Of a stretch of 64,000 bases of DNA, positions 1-9,572 are shown piece after piece. Both the position numbers and the translations under genes were made by a program. Under the pieces are notes generated by a model that was given only the letters and a program-made list of their open reading frames with translations, did no database searches and had not been told where the DNA came from. This DNA comes from Vicinamibacteria bacterium. Lineage in GTDB: Bacteria; Acidobacteriota; Vicinamibacteria; Marinacidobacterales; Marinacidobacteraceae. The stretch's first letter is position 1, and the number at the start of each line of letters is the position of its first letter. Location: positions 224,001-288,000 of the forward strand of contig OZ219815.1 of NCBI GenBank assembly GCA_964291235.2, written 5' to 3'.

Positions 1-1408
1 CGGTCACCGGCTGCGGCGGAAACCCGGGGGTCCCGAGCGAGAGCCAGGGCCTGCCGTCCTTCATCACGAAGACCCCGGTGACCTCGGCCAGGATGCGCCG
101 TCCGGGACCCATCGTCTCGGCCTTCACGCCGCTGCCGGTGGCGCGGACGCCGTCGATGAAGATCCCCGGAGCGCCGCCGTGCCCGGTGTGGAGCGAGCTG
201 ATCCAGTTCCCCTCGGCGTCCACGATCACGTTGTGGTTGCTGCCGAGGGTCATCGAGGATGCGACGTTCGCCTCCGTGGTTTCGAGTTCCACCGCCGCCG
301 TCAGGTCCACCCCCGGCTGCGGCATCGTCTGCCGCACGAATTCGGCGCTCAGCCGCGCGTATTCCTTGGAGTTCCAGAGCTCGTAGGGGTTTCGGTAAGC
401 GGCCGGGTCCTGGATGGACCACTTCATGTCGGACTCCACCTTGCCGAAGCTCCGGACCATGATCTCGAGGGTCTCCGGGGACTCGGCGTAGTGGCCGGTG
501 GCCCTGAGATCGAACTGCTCCAGCACATTCAGGTTCTGCCCGACCAGCAGCCCGCCCTTGTTGGGAGGCGGCTCGACCAGGATTTCGTATCCCCGGTAGG
601 AGAAGCGCGCCGGCTCCAACCAGCGCGTCTCGTACTCGGCGAGGTCTTCCAGGGTGACGCAGAAACCGCGCCTGGTCGCCTGCTCCACGAACTTCTTCGC
701 CCAGTCGCCCTTGTAGAGGTGATCGGCGCCGTTCTCGGCGACCGCGCGCAGGGTTCCGGCGAGTGCCGGCATCTTCCAGGTTCCTCCCACCGGAACCAGG
801 TATCCCTCGGGCATGTAGAAGGCGCGCGCTTCTTCGTTCTCCCGAATCAGGCCACCGCCCTCCCAGAGGCTGTAGTTGTTCGCGTACTGGAAGTTGGTGA
901 CCAGGACCCCCTCTTCGGCGGCGGTAATCGCCGGTTCCAGGTAGCTGGCCCAGGGACGGGTCCCGAACCGCTCCGCGAGGGATTCGAGACCACGGACCGT
1001 GCCTCCGATGGCGAGCCGGCCGACCCGCTTGCCCTCCCCGCAGCGGTCGGCTCGCGGCCGCTCCGAAAACGCGTTGAAGGCGTAGGTGGTCCCGGTGGCG
1101 GCCTCGAAATAGAGGCCGGACATTGCGCCGAAGTGCGAAACCTGGTGGAAATCCTCGACGTGCTGCAGGAAGACGGCGGTGACGAAGGCGTCCACCGCGT
1201 TCCCGCCGTTCTCAAGCACGCGGAGCGCCGCGCCCGTGACGTTCGGGAGCTGGGTCGCCACCATGCCCCCGTCGGCCGTGGCGACCGCCTTCGGCCCCTG
1301 GTTCAGCAGCGGATCCCGGGAGCCCGTGGGCTCCTGGGACCGGGCCGCAGGCGTGGCGGCCACGACCGCAAACACCAGGAACAGGACAAGCCGCGAAGCT
1401 TTCTTCAT
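1..1408 (-). CDS. gamma-glutamyltransferase family protein (runs off window start)
   Basis: Manual translation from ATG 1408 (GGAGG RBS): signal peptide MKKASRLVLFLVFAVVAA, then GGMVATQ..GAALRVLENGGNAVDAFVTAVF, the typical GGT N-terminus. Confidence 0.85.
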   Translation of the reverse strand, partial: MKKASRLVLFLVFAVVAATPAARSQEPTGSRDPLLNQGPKAVATADGGMVATQLPNVTGAALRVLENGGNAVDAFVTAVFLQHVEDFHQVSHFGAMSGLYFEAATGTTYAFNAFSERPRADRCGEGKRVGRLAIGGTVRGLESLAERFGTRPWASYLEPAITAAEEGVLVTNFQYANNYSLWEGGGLIRENEEARAFYMPEGYLVPVGGTWKMPALAGTLRAVAENGADHLYKGDWAKKFVEQATRRGFCVTLEDLAEYETRWLEPARFSYRGYEILVEPPPNKGGLLVGQNLNVLEQFDLRATGHYAESPETLEIMVRSFGKVESDMKWSIQDPAAYRNPYELWNSKEYARLSAEFVRQTMPQPGVDLTAAVELETTEANVASSMTLGSNHNVIVDAEGNWISSLHTGHGGAPGIFIDGVRATGSGVKAETMGPGRRILAEVTGVFVMKDGRPWLSLGTPGFPPQPVT

Positions 1409-1445
1409 GATGGCCTCCCGCGACATTTCCCCCGCCGGGTCGGTG

Positions 1446-3524
1446 TCAGTGTGTCACTCGCGGGTTCCGCATCCCCAGGTGACGCTCAAAGAAGTCGGCG
1501 CTGCGACGGAAGACCTCCAGCCAGTTCTCGTGGCGGAGAAAGCCGTGGACCTCATCCGGGAAGATGAGCAGTTCGTGCTCGACGCCGAGTTCGCGGAGCT
1601 TCTCCACGAGTTCAATCGTCTCGTTGAAGGGCACGTTCCGGTCGTCGTCGCCGTGGACCAGGAGCACCGGCGAACGCCAGCCGTCCACCGTCGAGAGGGG
1701 TGACGACTCGAACGCCAGCCGCGCCGCTTCCGGGTGGTGATCCGGTTCGTAGGACGGATTGAACCCCTGGATCGTGCGGTTCCAGTCGTGGACCCCGTGG
1801 ATGTCCACTCCGGCGGCGAACAGATCGGATGCCCGTGACAAGCCCATCGCGGTCAGGTAACCCCCGTAGGAGCCACCCCAGAGACCCAGGCGGTCTCCGT
1901 CCACGCCGGCCATGTCGGCCAGGGTGCGTCCCGCCCCGAGCACGTCCTGATGCTCGGCGCCCCCGGTGGCCCCGTAGTTGAGCGCTTCCCGGAACTCCAT
2001 GCCGTAGCCGGTGCCGCTCCGGTAGTTCACCGAAATCACCGTGACGCCGCGGCTCGCCAGGTACTGGTGGAAGGCGTAGCAGTTCGAGTAGTAGCCCATG
2101 TAGTGCCAGCCGAGCAGCATCTGCCGGCGGGACCCGCCGTGCAGAAAGAGCACGCCCGGCCCCGGAGTTTCGGACCCGTTCGCGGGCCGGAAGAGTTGGC
2201 CGTGGATCTCCATGCCGTCCGCGGAGGCGAAGACCACGGGTTCGGGATCGACCAGGTGGTCGAGCGGGAAGTCCGCCGGGAAAGCGTCCGGCGCGAGAGC
2301 CCGCGGATCCGCGCCGTCGAGCTGCACCATCGGCTGGAGGGGGCGGCGCCCGTCGCCCCCCAGGAAAGCCACGCCTCCCTGGACGGCGACCGGCAGCGTT
2401 TCGATCCCCGTTCCCGAGGTCAGGGCCTCGGCGGCCGATCCCGCGGTGAGCCGCCAGAGGTGCCGGCGGTCGATGTCGTCCTGGTTGGTGGCGGCGATGA
2501 GCCCGCCCTGCCCGTCGCCGACGGCGTACTCGATCTCGAACATTCCCGAGGTGAGCGCCTCGGGATCCCCGCCGGCGGCGGAAACCGCGTAGTAGTGCCG
2601 GTACCCGGTTCGCTCCCAGGGAAAGAGGAGCTGTCCGTCACCGGTCCAGTGGAGCTGGTTCGCGGAAGCGGTCCCGGAGAAGACGCTTCCCATACCCGGC
2701 TCGGCGCGGAAGACCTCCCGGCTGACGCCGGGGTCATCCACCGCGGCCACCCGAATGCTCCACGGCGGGCCTTCCCGGTTCGGAGCGAACATGGGGCGCT
2801 CGAGCACCGGCGGGACGCGCAGGAACGCCACTTCGCTCCCGTCCGGCGAGAAAGCCGGGGATCCGTCCCGGTCCACCGCGGGATCCAGCCAGCGGACGGT
2901 TCCGGCGTCGAAGTCGTGGACCCCGACGAAGGAGTGGGCGCCGCGGCTCGACACGAAAGCGAGCCGCGAACCGTCGGGAGACAGCCGCAGGCTTCCGAGC
3001 GATCCGCGCACGTCGATCACCGGTTCGGCCTCCGCACCAGGGTCGAGGCCGATCCGCCAGATCTTGCCCCGCCGGACGAAGAGGAGCGCGTTCCCATCGG
3101 CGGTGAACACCGGGCTGCCGGCAGGTTCGGTAAGCCGGCGCGGGCGGTCCTCGATGACCCACAGCGCCCGTTCCACCCCCTCCGGACGGCTCAGCGGGTT
3201 GGGCAACTCGCCGGCCCGATTGGGGCCGTCGCCGCGTACGAAGGCGATTCGGGAGCCGTCGGGGCTGAACGCCAGAGCGGAAATCGTGGTGCCGTCGTCA
3301 CCCGAGAAATCGGTCAGCCGGCGCCCCTGAAAGTCGGGCGCAGCGGCGGCCCAGACGTTCCGGGCCCCCTGTTCGTCGAAGACCCAGGCGACCCGGTCGC
3401 CGTCCGGGGACGCGGTCAGGCTCGTCGGGAACGGTGCCGAGAAGACCTGTTCGAGGGTGAACTGGGCCTCGGCGCCGGAGGCGCCGAAGATGCCGAGCCA
3501 GAGAAGGATGGCGATGCGTCGCAT
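1446..3524 (-). CDS. S9 family serine peptidase (beta-propeller plus alpha/beta hydrolase), secreted
   Basis: GGSYGG nucleophile motif, HGDDDRNV and EVHGF catalytic Asp/His, PD40-like repeats, signal peptide from MRRIAILL. Confidence 0.92.
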   Translation of the reverse strand: MRRIAILLWLGIFGASGAEAQFTLEQVFSAPFPTSLTASPDGDRVAWVFDEQGARNVWAAAAPDFQGRRLTDFSGDDGTTISALAFSPDGSRIAFVRGDGPNRAGELPNPLSRPEGVERALWVIEDRPRRLTEPAGSPVFTADGNALLFVRRGKIWRIGLDPGAEAEPVIDVRGSLGSLRLSPDGSRLAFVSSRGAHSFVGVHDFDAGTVRWLDPAVDRDGSPAFSPDGSEVAFLRVPPVLERPMFAPNREGPPWSIRVAAVDDPGVSREVFRAEPGMGSVFSGTASANQLHWTGDGQLLFPWERTGYRHYYAVSAAGGDPEALTSGMFEIEYAVGDGQGGLIAATNQDDIDRRHLWRLTAGSAAEALTSGTGIETLPVAVQGGVAFLGGDGRRPLQPMVQLDGADPRALAPDAFPADFPLDHLVDPEPVVFASADGMEIHGQLFRPANGSETPGPGVLFLHGGSRRQMLLGWHYMGYYSNCYAFHQYLASRGVTVISVNYRSGTGYGMEFREALNYGATGGAEHQDVLGAGRTLADMAGVDGDRLGLWGGSYGGYLTAMGLSRASDLFAAGVDIHGVHDWNRTIQGFNPSYEPDHHPEAARLAFESSPLSTVDGWRSPVLLVHGDDDRNVPFNETIELVEKLRELGVEHELLIFPDEVHGFLRHENWLEVFRRSADFFERHLGMRNPRVTH

Positions 3525-3534
3525 GGGAGGGCTC

Positions 3535-4803
3535 CTACCGGGAAACCAGCCGCACCGGGAGGTGCTTGATTCCGTGGATGAAGTTGGAACGGAGACGGTC
3601 GGGCGGGCCGGTGCGTTCGATGGCGCGCACCCGGCGAAAGAGTTCCTCGAAGGTGACCCGGACCTCGAGGCGGGCCAGCCAGGCGCCGAGGCAGACATGG
3701 CGTCCGGCGCCGAAGGCGAGGTGGGGATTCGGATCCCGGCGGAGGTCGAAGCGTTCGGGCTCCGGGAAGGCCTCCGGGTCGCGGTTCGCGGCGATGTACC
3801 AGAGGACGGCCTTGTCGCCGCGCCGCAAGCGGGCGCCGTCGAGGTCGAGATCCCGGGTCAGGGTCCTTCGGAAGTGCATGGTCACCGAGGTCCAGCGGAG
3901 GATCTCCTCGGTCGCCGACTCGTAGAGGTCGCGGTCGCCCGGGGCCGCGCTCAGCTCGCCATAGGCGGCGGGATGTTCCAGCAGGGCGAGGAGGCCGTGC
4001 GAGATCGTGTGCCGGGTGGTCTCGTTCCCGGCCACGATGAGCAGCAGGAAGAAGTTCTGAAACTCCAGCTCGGTCAACGGGCGGCCGCCGGCGTCCTCGG
4101 CCAGCATTCCGGAGAGGACATCCTCCGTCGGCCGGCGCAACCGCTCCTTCCGGATGCGGCTTGCGTAGTCGAAGACGGAACGCGCCGCCGGGCTCCGGAA
4201 AGGCAGCAGGCGGAACGCTTCGGTGTCCTCCTGATCGATCACCGCCATCGAAAACTCGGGATCGGCGTTCGAGATCAGCGCGTCGCCCCACTCCACGAGC
4301 TCGCCAGCGTCCGTCTCGGGCACGCCGAGGATGCGACAGAGCATCCGGATCGGCAGCTCGCGGGCGACTTCTTCGACGAAATCCAGCTCGCCGAGTTCGA
4401 GAGCGCGGTCGAGCACCAGCGCGGCGAGTTCGCGCACCGACGCTTCGTAGGCCGCGATCGATTTCCGCGAAAAGCCGGCTCCCACCAGCCGGCGGAGACG
4501 GGCGTGCTCGGCGCCGTCGTACTCCATCATCGTGCGGCGGGCTTCCAGTTCGTCCTGGTCGAGCTCTTCGAGGCGGATGCCGCGGGCGCAGGAAAAGTCC
4601 CGGGGGGTGGAACTCGCGCGGAACACGTGGGCGTGGCGGGTGAGCGCCCAGAAGCCGGCGCCGTCCTCTTCCTCGATCCAGCACGGGGAACCCCGTTCCC
4701 GGAGCCGCCGGAAGAGGTCCCAGGGGACGCCCTTTGTATAGGTGTCGTGGGAGACGATGGCCTCGAAGCCGGCTGGGGACCCGTTCCGCGCGTTCGTCGT
4801 CAC
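3535..4803 (-). CDS. cytochrome P450
   Basis: AGNETT I-helix, EILR (ExxR), heme motif FGAGRHVCLG; start codon approximate. Confidence 0.93.
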   Translation of the reverse strand: MTTNARNGSPAGFEAIVSHDTYTKGVPWDLFRRLRERGSPCWIEEEDGAGFWALTRHAHVFRASSTPRDFSCARGIRLEELDQDELEARRTMMEYDGAEHARLRRLVGAGFSRKSIAAYEASVRELAALVLDRALELGELDFVEEVARELPIRMLCRILGVPETDAGELVEWGDALISNADPEFSMAVIDQEDTEAFRLLPFRSPAARSVFDYASRIRKERLRRPTEDVLSGMLAEDAGGRPLTELEFQNFFLLLIVAGNETTRHTISHGLLALLEHPAAYGELSAAPGDRDLYESATEEILRWTSVTMHFRRTLTRDLDLDGARLRRGDKAVLWYIAANRDPEAFPEPERFDLRRDPNPHLAFGAGRHVCLGAWLARLEVRVTFEELFRRVRAIERTGPPDRLRSNFIHGIKHLPVRLVSR

Positions 4804-4906
4804 GAGCCGGATGGTACGCCGGGGAGAGCGGCCAACAGTGACGCACTTCCCATCGCGAAAACGGTGCGGGGCGCTTTCACCACCTGCTATAGGCTCTCGG
4901 GTTCCG

Positions 4907-5638
4907 ATGAACCCGAGCAAAATTCTCTGTGTTCATCTCAACTACTCGAGCCGGGTCGAGGAGTTCGGGGCGCGGCTTCCGAAGGCGCCCACCTACTTCC
5001 TGAAGCCTCCCTCCGCCCTGATCCGCAGCGGCGAGCCGGTCATCCGTCCGCGGGGTTGCCGGTATCTGAACTTCGAGGGAGAAATCGTCGCGGTGATCGG
5101 ATCCAACTGCCGGGGAATCGAGCCGGAAGACGCCGGCCGTTTCGTCGCCGGGTACACGATCGGCAACGATTTCGGCCTTCACGACTTCCGCGACACCGAT
5201 GCCGGGTCCATGCTCCGGGTGAAGGGGTCGGACACCATGTGTCCGGTGCTGGACGAGGTCGTTTCCGGGTGGGACTTCCGGGGGAAGACCATCCGCACCC
5301 TGGTGAACGGCGAGGTGCGGCAGTCCGGCAACACCGACGAGATGGCGTGGAACCCCCACTACCTGATCGCGGATCTCGCCCGGACCCACACGCTGTTTCC
5401 GGGGGACCTGGTCTTCACGGGCACTCCGGCCGGCTCGCGGCCGGTGGAGCCGGGCGACGAGGTCGCCGTCGAGGTGGAGGGACTCGGCCGTCTCGTGAAC
5501 CCGGTGGTCGCCGCCGAGTGGGGGATTCCAGCGGGCTACGGGGCGCAGCCGACCGAGTCGGAGGAGGTGCGCTCGACGGCGCTGGGCGGCGATTGGGAAT
5601 TCAGAGGCATCCGGCCTCCGAGAGCGGCGGCACGATGA
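4907..5638 (+). CDS. fumarylacetoacetate hydrolase family protein
   Basis: KILCVHLNY, FLKPPS, FEGEI, GYTIGND and FTGTPAG motifs. Confidence 0.92.
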   Translation: MNPSKILCVHLNYSSRVEEFGARLPKAPTYFLKPPSALIRSGEPVIRPRGCRYLNFEGEIVAVIGSNCRGIEPEDAGRFVAGYTIGNDFGLHDFRDTDAGSMLRVKGSDTMCPVLDEVVSGWDFRGKTIRTLVNGEVRQSGNTDEMAWNPHYLIADLARTHTLFPGDLVFTGTPAGSRPVEPGDEVAVEVEGLGRLVNPVVAAEWGIPAGYGAQPTESEEVRSTALGGDWEFRGIRPPRAAAR

Positions 5639-6405
5639 GCAGGCGGACGCTTCCCGAACGGCCCCGGATCGGACTCAGCTCCTGGAAACGGCCGGTGCAC
5701 ACCATCGTCGGGGCCCCGGAACAGCTCTTCACGCTCGCCGAGGAATATGTGGATTGCGTCCGGGCCGCCGGTGGCGTCCCGCTCATCCTGCCCCCGGCGC
5801 CCCTCAGCGCGGCGGCCGACGCGGTCGCCTCGGTGGACGCGCTGGTGCTCACCGGCGGCGGAGACTTCTCGCCGTCGTCCTACGCGGAGCCCGACGAGGG
5901 CGTGAGTTCGGAGATCGATCTCCAGGAGGACGCCTGGGACGTCGCGCTGACGCTCGCCGCCCGGGACGCGGGCATTCCCTTCTTCGGCATCTGTCGCGGG
6001 ATGCAGGCGCTGAACATCGCACTCGGCGGGACACTCCATCAGGACATCGGCGACCGGGAGCACCACCCGCCCATCCCGGAGGTCCCGGCGGATGCGGTCG
6101 CCTTCCGGCACCCGGTCACGATCAAGGCGGAGAGCCGGCTCGGCCGGATTCTCGGGGTCACCGAGCGAAGCGTGAACAGCATCCACCACCAGGCGGTGAA
6201 CCGGCTCGGACAAGGGCTCGTTCCCGTCGCCCACGCCCCGGACGGGATCATCGAGGGCGTCGAGTACAACGGGGCCGCGGCGGGCGCCGGGTGGCAATGT
6301 CTGGGGGTGCAGTGGCACCCCGAGCGCATGGGGCACACCCTGGACCAGCTCATCTTCGATGAGGTGGTCCGAATGGCCGCGGAGCGGGGACGCGACGGGG
6401 AGTAG
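5635..6405 (+). CDS. gamma-glutamyl-gamma-aminobutyrate hydrolase family (peptidase C26)
   Basis: LTGGGD, GICRGMQ, NSIHHQ and QWHPE motifs; ATGA overlap with upstream gene. Confidence 0.92.
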   Translation: MSRRTLPERPRIGLSSWKRPVHTIVGAPEQLFTLAEEYVDCVRAAGGVPLILPPAPLSAAADAVASVDALVLTGGGDFSPSSYAEPDEGVSSEIDLQEDAWDVALTLAARDAGIPFFGICRGMQALNIALGGTLHQDIGDREHHPPIPEVPADAVAFRHPVTIKAESRLGRILGVTERSVNSIHHQAVNRLGQGLVPVAHAPDGIIEGVEYNGAAAGAGWQCLGVQWHPERMGHTLDQLIFDEVVRMAAERGRDGE

Positions 6406-6430
6406 CCGGTTAGAACGTCTTCGCCCGCTC

Positions 6431-6748
6431 TTGATGATGCCGGGAGGAACGCGCCAGGCGCGGACCCCGACCGCACGGACAGCGTGTAGGCACGGGAACG
6501 CCGACCTCCAGGTCGGCACAGCGGCGCGGAGCGCCGCGGGCGGTTCCTCGCCGCTCGCGCTCACGGGGTCCCTCCGAGAGAGAGCCATCCCGGCCAGCCA
6601 AGTCCGCCCCGCCGCCCGCCTACGGCGGGCTGTGCCGGCCTGGAGGCCGGCGTTCCCGTGCCTTTCCGACATCAAGGCTGGTGGGGTTCCCGCCGAGAGG
6701 GGAACCATCCTGCATCGATCTCTGCGGCGGAGGAATGAGAAATCCCGG
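6431..6748. mobile_element. MITE-like element copy 1 (left TIR missing) containing a REP doublet
   Basis: Near-identical to 16662-16982; ends in ATGAGAAATCCCGG; internal inverted pair GGGAACGCCGACCTCCAGGTCGGCAC / GTGCCGGCCTGGAGGCCGGCGTTCCC. Confidence 0.8.
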
Positions 6749-6754
6749 CTAAGC

Positions 6755-6897
6755 GCCCGGAGCGGCAAACCGATCGTCCGACTGGTTCTGTACCGGGCCC
6801 GCGGAAAGCGACAGTTCGGAGAACTCAAGGGACGCTTGGCGGTCCCTGCCATCGCCTCCGATCCGCATCCAGAGAGCGAACTAGAGGCATGGGAACG
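6755..6897 (+). pseudogene. 3' remnant of a Phd/YefM-type antitoxin gene
   Basis: ARSGKPIVRLVLYR..KRQFGELKGRL..DPHPESELEAWE resembles the C-terminal half of Phd antitoxins; 5' part replaced by the MITE. Confidence 0.55.
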
Positions 6898-7039
6898 ACG
6901 GCCGGGATTCTGCATTCCCCGATGATCCAGACCGACGCTCCAACGTGATGATGATGATGTAAAGCGGCCCGTTCGATCATCAAAACTGATACAGCGCAAC
7001 CAGTTGCTGGACGCGGAGGCGCGGGCTAGGCTGCCTCTC

Positions 7040-7150
7040 AACATCCAGAGGGGGGCAACCCCCGCCAACCTGCCCGGTCCGGGCAAGGTGGCGTCCGATT
7101 CGGAGATGTGGCCGTGAGGCAACCAAGCGGACCCACGGGGCTTCGGCCCT
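7040..7150 (+). ncRNA. SAM-I/IV-variant-like riboswitch
   Basis: ACATC-CAGAG, P2 GGGGG-CAA-CCCCC, P3 GCCAACC..AGGTGGC, P1 3' strand GATGT, GTCCG/CGGAC pseudoknot with AAGCGGACCC tail; directly upstream of RBS and ATG. Confidence 0.75.
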
Positions 7151-7178
7151 CCTCGGATGACATCCAAGGAGAGACACC

Positions 7179-7562
7179 ATGCCCCACCATCACGCCGCTG
7201 CAATCCGGGTCCCTGAAATCCGGGTCCCTGACGACCCGAGTCCGCCGGGGGGCCGTCCGGAAGACCCCCTGGCCGACGCGGTTTCGGCCACCTCCCTGAG
7301 CTTCGTGGCCTGCGGCGCCGCGGTCGCCGAACTCGGTGATCTGCTGCGGGACCTCCGGCTGGCGCTTCACGTTGCGGGGCCACCCGATGCGAGCGAAGAC
7401 CGCGATGCAAGGCTGCTCGCGACCCGGCTCGAGACCGTGCGGCGGGCGCTCCACGAGACCACGGCCGCGGTCGGCGCGTTGCTGGAGGAGTGTGTTCCGT
7501 CCGGCGATGCGCCGCCTTCGCCTGCGGCGGGCCGCGCCGGCCGGGCGCGGGCGGTTTCCTAG
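7179..7562 (+). CDS. hypothetical helical protein downstream of the SAM riboswitch
   Basis: AAGGAGAG RBS, GC-rich codon usage, stop overlaps the sufT stop (CTAG). Confidence 0.65.
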   Translation: MPHHHAAAIRVPEIRVPDDPSPPGGRPEDPLADAVSATSLSFVACGAAVAELGDLLRDLRLALHVAGPPDASEDRDARLLATRLETVRRALHETTAAVGALLEECVPSGDAPPSPAAGRAGRARAVS

Positions 7563-7888
7563 AGGAAGCCGAGTTTGAGCTTGGCGGCTTCGGACATGCG
7601 GTCCGGGTTCCAGGGAGGATCCCAGACCAGGTCCACACGGACGTTCGAGACGCCCTCGAGGCGGCTGATCTTCCCCTCGACCTCGGGAGGGAGGGTGCCG
7701 GCGACCGGACAGGCCGGCGAGGTCAGCGTCATGTCCACCGCCACCTTGCCGGCGTCATCCACGTCGATCTTGTAGATGAGGCCGAGGTCGTAGATGTCCA
7801 CGGGGATCTCGGGGTCGTAGCAGGTCTTCAGCACGTCCACGACCTGGTCGTGGAGGGTCGCGCCGTTCGTAGCTTCTTCGCTGGTCAT
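7559..7888 (-). CDS. sufT: SUF system Fe-S assembly protein (DUF59)
   Basis: YDPEIPVDIYDLGLIY, MTLTSPACP and WDPPW motifs. Confidence 0.93.
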   Translation of the reverse strand: MTSEEATNGATLHDQVVDVLKTCYDPEIPVDIYDLGLIYKIDVDDAGKVAVDMTLTSPACPVAGTLPPEVEGKISRLEGVSNVRVDLVWDPPWNPDRMSEAAKLKLGFL

Positions 7889-7890
7889 GA

Positions 7891-8340
7891 TTACTCCGTC
7901 CGGACGGTCTCCTGGCTCTGTTTGATCGCCGCCCGCAGGGTGTGCCAGGCGAGCGTCGCGCACTTGACGCGCGTCGGGTAGTCGCGCACTCCGGCGAACA
8001 CGGTCAGCTTGCCGAGGCTTTCGTCGTCGGGCTCGGTCTCGCCGGAGACCATGCCGCGAAAGTCCTCGACGAGCTGCAGCGCTTCGTCCTCGGGCCGTCC
8101 CCGCATCGCTTCCGTCAGTAGCGAGGCCGAGGCGGTCGAGATCGCGCAGCCGTCCCCCACGAACGAGGCCTGCTGGACAGCGCCGTCCTCCACCCGCAGG
8201 AACAGCCGCAGCCGGTCGCCGCAGAGCGGGTTGAAGCCGTCGGACTGCCGGTTGGCGGCGTCCATCGCGCCGAAGTTCCGGGGCCGCCGGCTGTGATCGA
8301 GGATCACCTCCCGGTAGAGATCGCGAAGCGCGTCGTTCAC
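7891..8340 (-). CDS. sufU: SUF system NifU-family protein
   Basis: NPLCGD, GCAISTASAS and RVKCATLAWH; GTG start overlapping the sufS stop. Confidence 0.95.
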   Translation of the reverse strand: MNDALRDLYREVILDHSRRPRNFGAMDAANRQSDGFNPLCGDRLRLFLRVEDGAVQQASFVGDGCAISTASASLLTEAMRGRPEDEALQLVEDFRGMVSGETEPDDESLGKLTVFAGVRDYPTRVKCATLAWHTLRAAIKQSQETVRTE

Positions 8341-9572
8341 GGGCGGAAAACCTCCAGCGCGGTGTGGAGCCCGGCGGCCAGCCGGTCCACTTCGGCCTCG
8401 GTGTTGTAAAGGCCGAACGAGGCGCGCGCGGTCGCGGGCACGCCGAAGCGCGCCATCAGCGGCTGGGTGCAGTGGTGGCCGGTGCGCACCGCGACGCCCT
8501 CCTGGTCCAGCACCGTGCCGAGATCGTGCGGATGCACCCCGTCCACCACGAAGGAAACCACCGCCGCCTTTTCCGGGGCGGTGCCCACCACCCGGAGGCC
8601 GGGGATCTCCGCGAGCCGGGCCTCCGCGTACTCGCGAACCCGGGACTCGTGCGCCGCTACCTCGGGAATCCCGAGCCTGTCGAGGTAGTCCGCCGCCGCC
8701 GCGAGCCCCACCGGGCCCGCGATGTTGGGCGTTCCCGCCTCGAACTTGGCCGGCGGTTCGGCGTAGGTGGTGCGCTCGAAGCTCACCGTGCGGATCATCT
8801 CGCCGCCGCCCTGGTACGGGGGGATTGCTTCCAGCAGGCGCTTTTTGCCCCACAGCAGCCCGATCCCCGAAGGGCCGTACATCTTGTGGCCGGAGAGACA
8901 GTAGAAATCGCACCCGAGGGCCATCACGTCGAGGGTGAGGTGGGGCGCCGCCTGGGCGCCGTCGAGCACCAGGTAGGCGCCGCGTTCCTTCGCGAGCCGG
9001 GAGATCTCTTCGACCGGGTTCACGGTACCGAGGGCGTTCGAGACGTGGACCACTGAGACGATGCGGGTGCGGTCGTTCAGCAGGGCGGCGAACGCGTCCA
9101 TGTCCACTTCGCCCTGGTCGGTGACCGGAGCGGCCACAACCTTCGCGCCGGTCAGCTCGGCGACCATCTGCCAGGGCACGATGTTGGAGTGGTGCTCCAT
9201 CTCGGTGAGGAGCACCTCGTCGCCCTCGCCGAGGGCGTAACGCCCGAGCGAAGAGGCCACCAGGTTCAGCCCCTCGGTGGTGCCCCGGACGAAGATCACC
9301 TCGTCGGCGGACGGCGCGCCGATGAACTTCGCCATCCGGCGCCGCGAGCGCTCGTAGTACTCGGTCGCCCGTTCCGAGAGGACGTGGACACCGCGGTGGA
9401 TGTTCGCGTAGCCGTGTTCGTAAACGTGGTCCACCGCATCCAGCACCGCACGCGGCTTCTGGGAGCTGGCGGCGTTATCGAGGTACGCGATGGGCTGGCC
9501 GTGCACCTCCTCCGCCAGGATCGGGAAGTCGGCGCGAACCTTTTCGAGGTTGTAGGCGGGAGCGGCAATCAT
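8337..9572 (-). CDS. sufS: cysteine desulfurase
   Basis: YLDNAASSQKP, SGHKMYGP (PLP Lys), RTGHHCTQPLM. Confidence 0.96.
   Translation of the reverse strand: MIAAPAYNLEKVRADFPILAEEVHGQPIAYLDNAASSQKPRAVLDAVDHVYEHGYANIHRGVHVLSERATEYYERSRRRMAKFIGAPSADEVIFVRGTTEGLNLVASSLGRYALGEGDEVLLTEMEHHSNIVPWQMVAELTGAKVVAAPVTDQGEVDMDAFAALLNDRTRIVSVVHVSNALGTVNPVEEISRLAKERGAYLVLDGAQAAPHLTLDVMALGCDFYCLSGHKMYGPSGIGLLWGKKRLLEAIPPYQGGGEMIRTVSFERTTYAEPPAKFEAGTPNIAGPVGLAAAADYLDRLGIPEVAAHESRVREYAEARLAEIPGLRVVGTAPEKAAVVSFVVDGVHPHDLGTVLDQEGVAVRTGHHCTQPLMARFGVPATARASFGLYNTEAEVDRLAAGLHTALEVFRP

Noticed and set aside
3457-6405. 982-aa ORF (likewise 27499-30792, 14826-17258, 40044-42233)
   Set aside because: Antisense shadow frames in GC-rich DNA; only the 3' ends correspond to real genes where annotated
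6359-6925. ORF pair with shared RHGNADLQVGTA peptide (also 16605-17002)
   Set aside because: Translations of the REP/MITE, not a protein family
6946-6959. (TGA)n microsatellite as a contingency locus
   Set aside because: Only about four units and intergenic
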